From an uncultured delta proteobacterium (GTDB lineage Bacteria; Desulfobacterota; Desulfobacteria; Desulfobacterales; JAHEIW01), in the NCBI GenBank assembly GCA_963706575.1, contig CAVPNL010000004.1:160001-224000 (forward strand): a DNA stretch of 64,000 nt, read 5' to 3'. This document shows, one piece after another, positions 18,920 to 28,146 of this stretch; the first letter of the stretch is position 1, and each line of letters starts with the position of its first letter. The notes beneath the pieces were generated by a model. It was not told the origin of the DNA, searched no databases, and saw nothing but the letters and a program-made list of their open reading frames with translations. A program made the position numbers and the translations under genes.

Positions 18920-19110
18920 AGAAAGTGCGCTAAAGTTGGAAGTGATCTAAAGTGACTAAAGTTAAGGAATTCTACCCGTCGAGAGCCTCCCGTCGAGAGC
19001 CTCTGGGTCGAACGACTGGGTCGAACGATCATTTTTAAAATAAAAGATAGAGCGCAGCGAAACCATAATTTTAGGCATTTTAGATCATTTTAGGCACTTT
19101 AGGCACTCGT
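18920..19110. repeat. Nonamer inverted MITE-like element with a doubled internal module
   Basis: Homologous to 50402-50563, 47452-47553 and 18005-18155. Confidence 0.75.
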
Positions 19111-19137
19111 TATTTTTGCGCTTTTGAACGTAATCCA

Positions 19138-19926
19138 CTATTTCCGAGAAAGCCTCTCCTCTTTTGATCGGGTCACTAATTTCCAGCCTTTCAGGTTTTC
19201 GAGCGCCTGATAATCGGTCTGATCGCATTTTATGGGTGTAATCGAGATAAAATCTTCACACAAGGCTGAGCCGTCGATATCGGTGGACTTGCCCGCCGGC
19301 AAAGAATCACATCCCTGCCAGTAATAGGTTCGCTCACGAGGATCCATCCGTTTATCAATATATTCAGGGAAAAAATCCATATCGAGTCGGCTGATGCGGA
19401 CGCCGGTAATTTCTTTTAAGGGTCGGTTGGGAATATTGACATTTAGAAATGTTCCAAACGGAAGCCCGTTGGCGTACACATCTTTTGCCAGCGCTTTGAC
19501 AAAAAGTGCCGCCTCGTCATAATTTTGCACGTCTCGACCATGGATGGACACGGCAATGGCCAGAATACCGTATAATGTCGCCTCCTTGGCAGCCGCAACG
19601 GTTCCGGAATAATTAATATTTATGCCGACATTCGCTCCGGGATTAATACCTGAAATCACCATATCCGGTTTGCTATCCAGGATTTCCAATATCCCCATCT
19701 TGATACAATCAGCCGGTGTCCCTGAGACAGCATAACCCTGGAACGCCTTATTGATCGAAACCTTTTGTACACGCAGCGGCTTATTTAGGGTAATACCGTG
19801 GCCAACGGCACTCTGTTCACGATCCGGCGCAATAATCGAAACGGAATGCTGCGATGCCAGATGTTTGTAGAGAGACTCCAATCCGGGAGCATAAATGCCA
19901 TCATCATTGGTTAGAAGAATATTCAT
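19138..19926 (-). CDS. surE: 5'/3'-nucleotidase SurE
   Basis: ILLTNDDGI, GTPADC, SGINPGAN, YSGTV. Confidence 0.96.
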   Translation of the reverse strand: MNILLTNDDGIYAPGLESLYKHLASQHSVSIIAPDREQSAVGHGITLNKPLRVQKVSINKAFQGYAVSGTPADCIKMGILEILDSKPDMVISGINPGANVGININYSGTVAAAKEATLYGILAIAVSIHGRDVQNYDEAALFVKALAKDVYANGLPFGTFLNVNIPNRPLKEITGVRISRLDMDFFPEYIDKRMDPRERTYYWQGCDSLPAGKSTDIDGSALCEDFISITPIKCDQTDYQALENLKGWKLVTRSKEERLSRK

Positions 19927-20346
19927 AATGAATCACACAAATTGGGTTATGGGAACTTTGGATAACACAAATCTGTGAAAGGAAACATCAGCGGGATCGG
20001 CAGATCGGCCTTTAAACCCACCCGGGCATAAACCGGGGCAGGTATCGGTTTTGCGCCGCACGCAGCGCCGAATTTGCCTGAAAACGAATTGAATTGGCCA
20101 TCTGTATCGGGTTGATGGTTAAATTTTAATTTAGGGGCCATAACGATTTGCGCTTAATTGACTTTCCGGTAATATCTTGACATATTTAACTGGTTTGAAT
20201 TTATATCCCAAATTTCAATCATATTCAAGAAATATGAATGAATTCCGGCTTTATCGGTTAAACTCACGCACCTCAATGGGGATCCTAAAAATGATCAGAA
20301 CGGTAGAGTTCACCCCAAGCTCAATGAAAATTGCAGGAGGGCCGGC

Positions 20347-22665
20347 TTGCAGCTGAGACGATTCAAACGCCTCTTTCAACTTCTCATTTCAAAGCGGAGC
20401 AGACGGACGGTCTTTTTAGGCTGTTTGATTTTGGGTGCTCTGGCAGATTCGCATCCGGCAGGCGCCCAGAGTTTAGAGCTGCAAAAAGAAGGCATTTTAA
20501 AAGACGACGCCCGGTTGCCCTGGGTGCTTGAAGCCGATGAGTTGACCTACGATCATCAGCTGGATCAATATATCGCCCGCGGCAATGTTCAAATATCAAA
20601 AGCCGATAAAAAGCTGACGGCTGATTATATCCGCTACGATCACAAAAACCAGCATGCTTTTGCCCGGGGCAAGGTGGTTCTGACCGTCGGTCAGGACATT
20701 CTTTCCGGCAGCCAGCTGGACATTGACCTCGAAAAACAGGTGGGCTGGATAGAAAATGCCTATTTATTCCTGAAAGAAAACAATTTTCATATCACCGCCG
20801 ACAAAATTGAAAAAACCGGCGAAAAAACCTACCGCATTGACCGCGCCACCCTCACCACCTGCGACGGCCCCAAACCGAGCTGGAAAATCAGCGGCAAAGA
20901 TGTCAAGATTAAAGAAGATGGATCCGGCACCGTCAAACACGCCGTCGTGCGGGCAAGAAGGGTGCCGGTGCTGTACTCACCCTACTTTTACTATCCGGCG
21001 AGAGAGGATCGACAGACCGGTTTTCTGATGCCTGAATTGGGCGAAACCGGGCGCAAAGGTTATCTGTATAACCAGCCCTTTTTCTGGGCCATCTCAGAAA
21101 GTGCCGACGCCACCTTTTACGCCAACTACATGTCAAATCGCGGCATAAAGCCGGGAGCTGAATTCCGCTATATCTTAAATGAGCGCTCCCGGGGCACCTT
21201 CATGCTGGATGGGTTTAACGATGACAAAACCGATGAAGGCGGCCAATCCAGCGATGATTACGGATATCGGGACGCCGGTGAAGAAGTCTTGCGCACCAAT
21301 GAAAACCGCTACTGGTTTCGCATGAGTCATCATCAGGCAGCGCCCCTGGGATTTTTTGCCAAATTGGATTTGGATATCGCCAGCGATCAGGATTACCTGC
21401 GTGATTTTCGGGATGGGCATATGGGCTATGACGATACCAATGACTATTTTCGCACAGCATTCCACCGGCAACTTAATGACTATAATGATCCTGTCCGAAC
21501 AAACCGTTTGAACCTCAATCGGCTCTGGCCAAAATTCAACTTCAATTTCGAGCCGCGCTGGAACGATGACACCAGACGGGATATCAATACCGGTGAAACC
21601 CTCCAAAGACTCCCGTTTATGAGCTTTGATGGTGAAAAACAAAAACTTTTGGCCTCGCCGTTTTATTTTGATTTAGAATCTCAATATGACTATTTTTGGC
21701 GCGACAGCGGCACCCGGGGCCAGCGGTTTGACGTGCACCCCAGGTTTTACATACCCTTTCGAGTTAATAAATACGCCACTGTTGAACCGTCGGTCGGGTT
21801 AAGGGAGACCGGCTACCGCCTGGATAAGAGCACTTTCGACGATCAGCCCGATACCAATCAATGGTCACATCGCGAACTTTTTGACACGCGTTTGGAACTT
21901 TTTACAGAACTTGAAAGGGTCTTCAACTTAGAGGATCAGCTCTTTGAAGGCGTCAAGCACCGCATTCGCCCCCAGATTACGCATGAATTTATACCGGATT
22001 CCAAGCAGGGAGACTTGCCCCGATTCGATACGATCGACCGAATCGATGAAACCAACAAAATTACTTATTCCCTTATCAATACATTGACATCCAAATTAAA
22101 AACCGCTGGGCCAAAGACAGCAGGACCGGAACTGGCAAGCAAACACGGCAGTCAACGGCAAACGACGGTCGATTATAAATATAACGATTTTTTCCGCTTT
22201 GAGGTCGAACATGGCTATGACTTTGAAAAATCAAAAAGACCGTTTTCACCGATTTCAGCCAAGCTGGATGTCTCCCCGGTTAAATATATCTGGCTGGATG
22301 CGGACGCCCAATATTCCGTCTATAAGAACGAATTTCTGCGTCACAATATTCAGGGATTACTGTGGGACAACCGCGGCGACGAGTTATATGTGGATTATCG
22401 ATATGAGAAAAAATCCGAGGAAACCGAAGTTACAGAAAATATCCAGTCCATTACAGGCAAACTGAGGGTGCAATTAAGCGATTATCTCTCGGTTAGCGCT
22501 GAAAATGTATATAACTTTGAGACCGACCAGCGAATTCGAACCGCCGGCGGATTCACGTATACGGCGCAGTGTTGGTCATTTGATTTTAAATATACGGATG
22601 AGCCCGATGACTGGAAAGTGAGTTTTAAAATCGCCTTGACCGGACTGGGAGAAATTGAGTATTAG
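20347..22665 (+). CDS. lptD: LPS-assembly protein LptD (start uncertain)
   Basis: OstA-like N-domain, TTCDGPKPSW, RQTGFLMP, beta-barrel ending in YTAQCW...LTGLG. Confidence 0.88.
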   Translation: MQLRRFKRLFQLLISKRSRRTVFLGCLILGALADSHPAGAQSLELQKEGILKDDARLPWVLEADELTYDHQLDQYIARGNVQISKADKKLTADYIRYDHKNQHAFARGKVVLTVGQDILSGSQLDIDLEKQVGWIENAYLFLKENNFHITADKIEKTGEKTYRIDRATLTTCDGPKPSWKISGKDVKIKEDGSGTVKHAVVRARRVPVLYSPYFYYPAREDRQTGFLMPELGETGRKGYLYNQPFFWAISESADATFYANYMSNRGIKPGAEFRYILNERSRGTFMLDGFNDDKTDEGGQSSDDYGYRDAGEEVLRTNENRYWFRMSHHQAAPLGFFAKLDLDIASDQDYLRDFRDGHMGYDDTNDYFRTAFHRQLNDYNDPVRTNRLNLNRLWPKFNFNFEPRWNDDTRRDINTGETLQRLPFMSFDGEKQKLLASPFYFDLESQYDYFWRDSGTRGQRFDVHPRFYIPFRVNKYATVEPSVGLRETGYRLDKSTFDDQPDTNQWSHRELFDTRLELFTELERVFNLEDQLFEGVKHRIRPQITHEFIPDSKQGDLPRFDTIDRIDETNKITYSLINTLTSKLKTAGPKTAGPELASKHGSQRQTTVDYKYNDFFRFEVEHGYDFEKSKRPFSPISAKLDVSPVKYIWLDADAQYSVYKNEFLRHNIQGLLWDNRGDELYVDYRYEKKSEETEVTENIQSITGKLRVQLSDYLSVSAENVYNFETDQRIRTAGGFTYTAQCWSFDFKYTDEPDDWKVSFKIALTGLGEIEY

Positions 22666-22698
22666 AAGCCTAATTGAACGATAAACGCCCAATGCGGC

Positions 22699-22842
22699 GT
22701 TATTGGTTATTGGTTATTGGTTAATCGTTATTAAAATTCGGTGGCGACCTCATTTTGTATTCCGATAATGGGTAAAATATAAAATTCGATATCATTCCTT
22801 ATTAAACGACTAACTAATAACGAATAACGAAAAAACGATAAC
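22699..22842. repeat. Heptamer inverted element (TTATTGG / AATAACG)
   Basis: gttattggttattggttattggttaatcgtta ... aataacgaataacg; related to 7525-7550. Confidence 0.65.
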
Positions 22843-22879
22843 GCGCATTTGGGTTTTAGCGATGATAGGATCGTAAGGG

Positions 22880-23407
22880 ATGCAAGACAAAAAATTATTG
22901 TCCCTCTGGTATGTGTTGCATACCAAAAGCAGGTTTGAAAATGTCGTCAATGATGGCCTCGGAAAAAAATCCATAGAAGTTTTTCTGCCGAAAGTTACCG
23001 TCAGGAGCAAACGAAAAGATCGAAAAGTCATGATTCGCGTGCCCCTATTTCCGGGATACCTTTTTGTGAAGACCGATCTTGCCCCCGAGTCCCATCTGGA
23101 AATTGTAAAAACCGCCGGAGCGGTTCGGTTAATTGGAAGCAAAAAGGGACCGGTGCCCGTACCGCATGAAACCATCGATTCTTTAAAAATCATGGTAAGC
23201 GGCGATCATGCCGTCACTACCGGCCACCGTTTACAAAAAGGGGATAAAGTCCTGGTGCTTCACGGACCGTTTGCCGGCGTTACCGGAACCTTTACGCGCT
23301 ATGGCGGCAAGGGACGCGTAATTGTCAACATTGAGGCACTCGGGCAATATGCCGGGGTGGAAGTCAGTGAAGACGATATTGAAATTGTACCTAAAATATT
23401 AACATAA
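22880..23407 (+). CDS. NusG paralog (UpxY/RfaH-like transcription antitermination factor)
   Basis: WYVLHTKSRFE and PLFPGYLFV in the NGN domain, plus KOW GDKVLVLHGPFAG. Confidence 0.88.
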   Translation: MQDKKLLSLWYVLHTKSRFENVVNDGLGKKSIEVFLPKVTVRSKRKDRKVMIRVPLFPGYLFVKTDLAPESHLEIVKTAGAVRLIGSKKGPVPVPHETIDSLKIMVSGDHAVTTGHRLQKGDKVLVLHGPFAGVTGTFTRYGGKGRVIVNIEALGQYAGVEVSEDDIEIVPKILT

Positions 23408-23486
23408 CGGCTTGACATCTAATTAAGTTTCAGCATATAAATTTCACAATCTTATTGCCGATCAGCATTTTGAAAAAGGAGGTTCT

Positions 23487-23762
23487 ATGAATAAGTTGGA
23501 GCTCATCTCTGCCTTAAAAACAGAGGCCAATATATCGAAAGCTGAAGCCGCCAAAGTTGTCCAAATATTTTTCGATAACATGGCGGATGCCATGGCAAAG
23601 GGGGAACGGGTTGAAATTCGAGGTCTCTGCAGCTTTTTTGTAAAAGATTACAAAAGCTATACCGGCAGAAATCCTAAAACCGGAGAGAAAGTTACCATAA
23701 GGCCGAAGAAACTTCCTTTTTTCAAATCGGGAAAAGAACTAAAAGAACGGGTAGACTACTGA
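23487..23762 (+). CDS. Integration host factor subunit beta / HU family DNA-binding protein
   Basis: MNKLELI, RVEIRG, GRNPKTGE, PFFKSGKELKERV. Confidence 0.93.
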   Translation: MNKLELISALKTEANISKAEAAKVVQIFFDNMADAMAKGERVEIRGLCSFFVKDYKSYTGRNPKTGEKVTIRPKKLPFFKSGKELKERVDY

Positions 23763-23824
23763 GATTTGTATAAATTTCAATCCACTCCTTCAATATCCCG
23801 TTGTTGAGCGGAGCGAAATGAACG

Positions 23825-24886
23825 GTGCCCGTGTCTGAGTTGCTTATAAATCAAGAAAAACCCATAAGAATATTAACCACCCTCCTTCGAAACGGGACTC
23901 TGCCCCACGCGCTTCTATTTACGGGAACAGAGGGTGTGGGCAAAGAGGCCGCTGCCGTTGCTCTGGCAATGGCCTGCAACTGCCAAAGAGCACTTCCCGA
24001 ATCCAAAGCTGATCATCGGTCAGGCCAGGACCCTGTCAACTCATCTGGCGAATTTAACTCGATAACGATGGACGCATGTGGTGTCTGCAAATCCTGCAGA
24101 AAAATTGCGGCCGGCAACCATCCGGATATCATCCGCATCCAACCCAGCGGGCCTTTTATTAAAATAGATCAAATTCGCTCGTTGCTGCAGACTCTGGCCA
24201 TGAAACCCTATGAGGCCATAACCCGGGTGGCAATCCTATCTCAAGCCCAGGCCATGAATGCAGCCGCCAGCAATGCACTTCTGAAAATATTAGAAGAGCC
24301 CCCCAGCCGCTCGATGCTGGTGCTGACCGCGACCCAAAAATCGGATCTTCTGCCAACCATTGTATCCCGTTGCCAGAATGTGGGGTTTAATCCGATCCCC
24401 CAAAAAAAGATCGCTTCATGGCTTAAAGACCAACATGGGATCGCGCAGCAACCCGCCGACATCATTTCAGCAATGGCCAATGGAAGCTTTTCCAGGGCCC
24501 AAATGATGGTCGAAAATAACTGGCTGCAACGTAGAAAATGGGTGATCGATGAAATGGATCGCCTCTCTCTGCAGCCGATCGCCCGCTTGTTTTCCCTGGC
24601 AGAAAAATTATCAAAGGAAAAGGAGGCGCTTGCTCAGAGTTTAGAAATCATTAAAGTGTGGTTTAGAGACCTGATCATCAACCGATATGATGCCGCTAAA
24701 ATCATTAACCGCGATGTCGCCGATAAAATTGAGAGTGCCTCACAGAAAAATAGTCTGCCCGATTTGCTTTCTAAGGTTGATGCCGTTCAAAAAACGCAAA
24801 CCCGGCTGGCGGCAAACACCAATTTAAGACTCGTCATGGAAAGTTTGCTCATACAGCTGGCACAGCCTCAGGGAGCGAATAGATAA
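23825..24886 (+). CDS. holB: DNA polymerase III subunit delta'
   Basis: HALLFTG, CGVCKSC, HPD, ASNALLKILEEPP, LPTIVSRC. Confidence 0.93.
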   Translation: MPVSELLINQEKPIRILTTLLRNGTLPHALLFTGTEGVGKEAAAVALAMACNCQRALPESKADHRSGQDPVNSSGEFNSITMDACGVCKSCRKIAAGNHPDIIRIQPSGPFIKIDQIRSLLQTLAMKPYEAITRVAILSQAQAMNAAASNALLKILEEPPSRSMLVLTATQKSDLLPTIVSRCQNVGFNPIPQKKIASWLKDQHGIAQQPADIISAMANGSFSRAQMMVENNWLQRRKWVIDEMDRLSLQPIARLFSLAEKLSKEKEALAQSLEIIKVWFRDLIINRYDAAKIINRDVADKIESASQKNSLPDLLSKVDAVQKTQTRLAANTNLRLVMESLLIQLAQPQGANR

Positions 24887-24923
24887 AATTTTTGCTTTTA
24901 GGAGAAAAAGATGCAATTTTATC

Positions 24924-25002
24924 CTCACGCCAAGCCGCAAAGATCGCAAAGGCAAACATTTTTTCGCTTTTTTATTTTAGCGACTTTGCGTCTTTGCGTG
25001 AG
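24924..25002. repeat. Inverted element CTCACGC...GCGTGAG built from CGCAAAG units
   Basis: ctcacgccaagccgcaaagatcgcaaag ... ctttgcgtctttgcgtgag; same family as 18064-18133. Confidence 0.7.
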
Positions 25003-25103
25003 ATTTTTAGATTCAAACTCACCCGGATAGAGTGATAAATGATCCGCCCAGCATGTGCTCAAACGGCATCGCGCTGGCGTGCTGAAAATAAAACGAAAAA
25101 ACC

Positions 25104-25907
25104 ATGAAAAAAATAGTTGGAATACGATTCAAAACAGCCGGCAAAGTATACGATTTTGAAAGCGGGGCATTTGTCCTAAAACCGGGTGACCATGTCATCG
25201 TTGAAACCGAACAGGGACTCGGTTTCGGGACGGTGGTTTCGCCCCCGAAGTCTTTTGAAAAGCGGGCGGCAGGCAGGCCGCTCAAAAAAGTTTTTCGGCT
25301 GGCAACCGAAAAAGATTTCAACCAGCGCCAAAAAAACCTATCTCATGAAAAGTCCGCCCATAGCTTTTGTTTGGGCTGCATTCGAAAACTGGACTTGAAA
25401 ATGAATCTCTTTTCGGTTGAAAAATCATTTGATGGAAACAAGTATACCTTTTTTTTCACAGCCGAGGGGCGGGTTGATTTTCGGCAGCTTGTCAAAATGC
25501 TGGTCAAGGAACTGGGTGTCAGAATTGAAATGCGGCAGGTGGGTATCAGAAACCAAGCGAAAATGTGCGGCGGCATCGGCCGCTGCGGCCGCCAACTGTG
25601 TTGTTCGACATTTTTAGATAAATTTGATCCCGTATCGATCCGGATGGCCAAAGAACAGAACCTATCGCTTAACCCGACTAAAATTTCCGGGCAGTGCGGT
25701 CGACTGATGTGCTGTTTAACCTACGAGTTTGAGACTTACAAGAAGCTGAAAAAAAATTTACCCCGGCTGGGTAAAATTGTGACGACACCCAGCGGAAAAG
25801 GCAAAGTCATCCGGCATAATGCGATTTGCAACCGTATCGCTGTTCGTCTGGAGGACGATCTGGAAGTCGAATTTAAAGTTGACCAAGTAAACCTGCAAAA
25901 GGAATAA
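25104..25907 (+). CDS. ricT: PSP1 domain protein (RicT/YaaT family)
   Basis: RVDFRQLVK, GIGRCGRQLCC, KISGQCGRLMCCLTYE; holB-ricT-metG gene order. Confidence 0.88.
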   Translation: MKKIVGIRFKTAGKVYDFESGAFVLKPGDHVIVETEQGLGFGTVVSPPKSFEKRAAGRPLKKVFRLATEKDFNQRQKNLSHEKSAHSFCLGCIRKLDLKMNLFSVEKSFDGNKYTFFFTAEGRVDFRQLVKMLVKELGVRIEMRQVGIRNQAKMCGGIGRCGRQLCCSTFLDKFDPVSIRMAKEQNLSLNPTKISGQCGRLMCCLTYEFETYKKLKKNLPRLGKIVTTPSGKGKVIRHNAICNRIAVRLEDDLEVEFKVDQVNLQKE

Positions 25908-25909
25908 AA

Positions 25910-27832
25910 ATGCCCAAACCGTTTTACGTCACAACTCCCATTTATTATGTGAACGCACGCCCGCATTTAGGGCACGCCTACACCACCATTATCGCCGATG
26001 TCATTACCCGCTTTCATTCCATGCGCCCGGCAGAAGTTTATTTCCTAACGGGAACCGACGAACATGGAGACAAGGTTGTACGAGCGGCTAAGAAGGAAAA
26101 CCTGAGCCCCAGGGCCTATGTCGACAAGATCAGCCATCTGTTTCGGGCGCTTTGGCCGGAGCTCAATGTTAACAATAATTACTTTATCCGCACAACCGAT
26201 GCCTCCCATATGGAGGTCGTCAGTCGAATTCTTCAAAAAATCTACGATGCGGGCGACATTTATTTTAGTGAATACTCGGGGCAGTACTGCTTCGGATGTG
26301 AGCGCTTTTATACCGATCGGGAACTGGTCGACGGCAAATGTCCGGATCATGAGACCGCGCCGGAGACGATTAAAGAATCAAATTATTTTTTTAAGATGAG
26401 CCGCTACCAGGACTGGCTCATCGCGCACATCAAAAAGCAGCCGGACTTTATCCGCCCTGAACGCTACCGCAATGAGGTTCTGGCATTTCTCAGAGAGCCG
26501 CTTGAAGATCTCTGTATATCCAGACCAAAAAGCCGACTGAAGTGGGGCATCACCCTTCCCTTCGATGAAAATTACGTCACTTACGTCTGGTTTGATGCCC
26601 TGTTAAATTATATTTCAGCACTTGGATACCCTGATGGTGAATTGTTTCAGAAGTTCTGGCCGGTGGCCCAACACATCGTCGCCAAAGATATTCTTAAACC
26701 CCATGGCATCTATTGGCCCTGTATGCTCAAAGCCGCCGGAATACCCGTATACCAACATTTGAACGTACACGGGTACTGGAATATTGAACAGAGTAAGATG
26801 TCGAAAAGTCTTGGTAATGTCATCGAACCGCTGGAACTTAAAAATCTCTACGGACTGGATGCCTTTCGGTTTTTTCTAATTCGCGAAATGAAGTTCGGAC
26901 TGGATTCAAGCTTTAGCCAGAGCGCTCTGGTGCAGCGGATCAATTCGGATTTGGCCAATGATCTCGGCAATCTTTTTTCCAGAATCATATCCATGGCTCA
27001 TAAATACTTCAAGGGCTGCGTCCCGCAAGTCGATCCTCAGGCGGAGCGGGAATTGAATCTCGATCTGCAATCCAACGCCCTGGAGACCACCAAGAATTTT
27101 GAAATCTTGATGGAAGCCTTTGAATTTCAAAAAGCACTGACGGCTGTGTGGGAATTTATCGCACAAATGAACAAAACGATTGATCTTACCGCCCCCTGGG
27201 TGCTGGCCAAGAAAAAATCAAGTCACAAGCAATTGGCAGCCGTTATTTACCATCTACTTGAAGGGCTTCGAATTATCTCGGGCCTGATTTATCCGGTAAT
27301 GCCGGATACGGCCAAAAAAATGCAACAACATCTCGGACTGAATCCGGACGATTCATTTTATCACCTCAATCAGCTTAGAACCTGGAAAGCGATCGCACCG
27401 GGGACAACCCTGATGAAATCGATTGCTTTATTTCCAAGAATTGAGATGGAAGAAGCGGCTTCGGATTCAGCCGCTCAACCGCAGGAGGAACCCGCTGTTT
27501 TGGAAATCAAACCCGAAATTACATTGGAGGAATTCAGCCGCATCGACTTGAGAGTGGCGACGGTCGTGCATGCCGAGCCAATCCCCAAAGCAAAGAAACT
27601 TTTAAAACTAGAAGTCGATATGGGACATAAACGAACCCTGGTAGCCGGAATTGCTGAAAAATACACAGCTGAAGAAATGGTCGGCAAACAGGTAATCGTT
27701 GTCGCCAATCTAAGACCCGCCAAACTCATGGGAGTGGTGTCCAACGGAATGTTGCTTGCCGCAGTTGACGATTCCGGCCCCACCCTGGCAACTCTGGAAA
27801 AAACCGTAGCACCCGGGACACCGCTCAAATAA
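25910..27832 (+). CDS. metG: Methionine--tRNA ligase
   Basis: TTPIYYVN..PHLGHAY, YVWFDAL, KMSKS, C-terminal tRNA-binding domain. Confidence 0.97.
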   Translation: MPKPFYVTTPIYYVNARPHLGHAYTTIIADVITRFHSMRPAEVYFLTGTDEHGDKVVRAAKKENLSPRAYVDKISHLFRALWPELNVNNNYFIRTTDASHMEVVSRILQKIYDAGDIYFSEYSGQYCFGCERFYTDRELVDGKCPDHETAPETIKESNYFFKMSRYQDWLIAHIKKQPDFIRPERYRNEVLAFLREPLEDLCISRPKSRLKWGITLPFDENYVTYVWFDALLNYISALGYPDGELFQKFWPVAQHIVAKDILKPHGIYWPCMLKAAGIPVYQHLNVHGYWNIEQSKMSKSLGNVIEPLELKNLYGLDAFRFFLIREMKFGLDSSFSQSALVQRINSDLANDLGNLFSRIISMAHKYFKGCVPQVDPQAERELNLDLQSNALETTKNFEILMEAFEFQKALTAVWEFIAQMNKTIDLTAPWVLAKKKSSHKQLAAVIYHLLEGLRIISGLIYPVMPDTAKKMQQHLGLNPDDSFYHLNQLRTWKAIAPGTTLMKSIALFPRIEMEEAASDSAAQPQEEPAVLEIKPEITLEEFSRIDLRVATVVHAEPIPKAKKLLKLEVDMGHKRTLVAGIAEKYTAEEMVGKQVIVVANLRPAKLMGVVSNGMLLAAVDDSGPTLATLEKTVAPGTPLK

Positions 27833-27833
27833 G

Positions 27834-28084
27834 GTTTCAGGTGTACCAGTGTTCAGGTGTCAGTGTTCAGGGTCAACAGATAAGTGCTGAGGACTGAGCA
27901 AAAAAACCTGCCTGCCAATCGACCCTTTCAACATGACCTGTCCTTTTTCGTCATGAATCGTCCTCCCGAGGTCATGGGTTGTCCTTTTCCGTCATGAGCC
28001 GGCACGGGGCCATTTTTGCCCCTTTCTATTTCAATGTACTTCAGACCTCAGTCCTCAGTCCTATCTTTTCAGACCTGAACCTGC
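27834..28084. repeat. Nested heptamer inverted repeats (GTTCAGG/CCTGAAC and CTGAGGA/TCCTCAG)
   Basis: gtttcaggtg...gttcaggtgtcagtgttcag, gtgctgaggactgag ... ctcagtcctcagtcct, cctgaacctg. Confidence 0.6.
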
Positions 28085-28146
28085 CACAGAAAACTTGACC
28101 CCAGAAAGCCGATGAGCGATAATATTATTTTAGGCCAAATGCGAGT

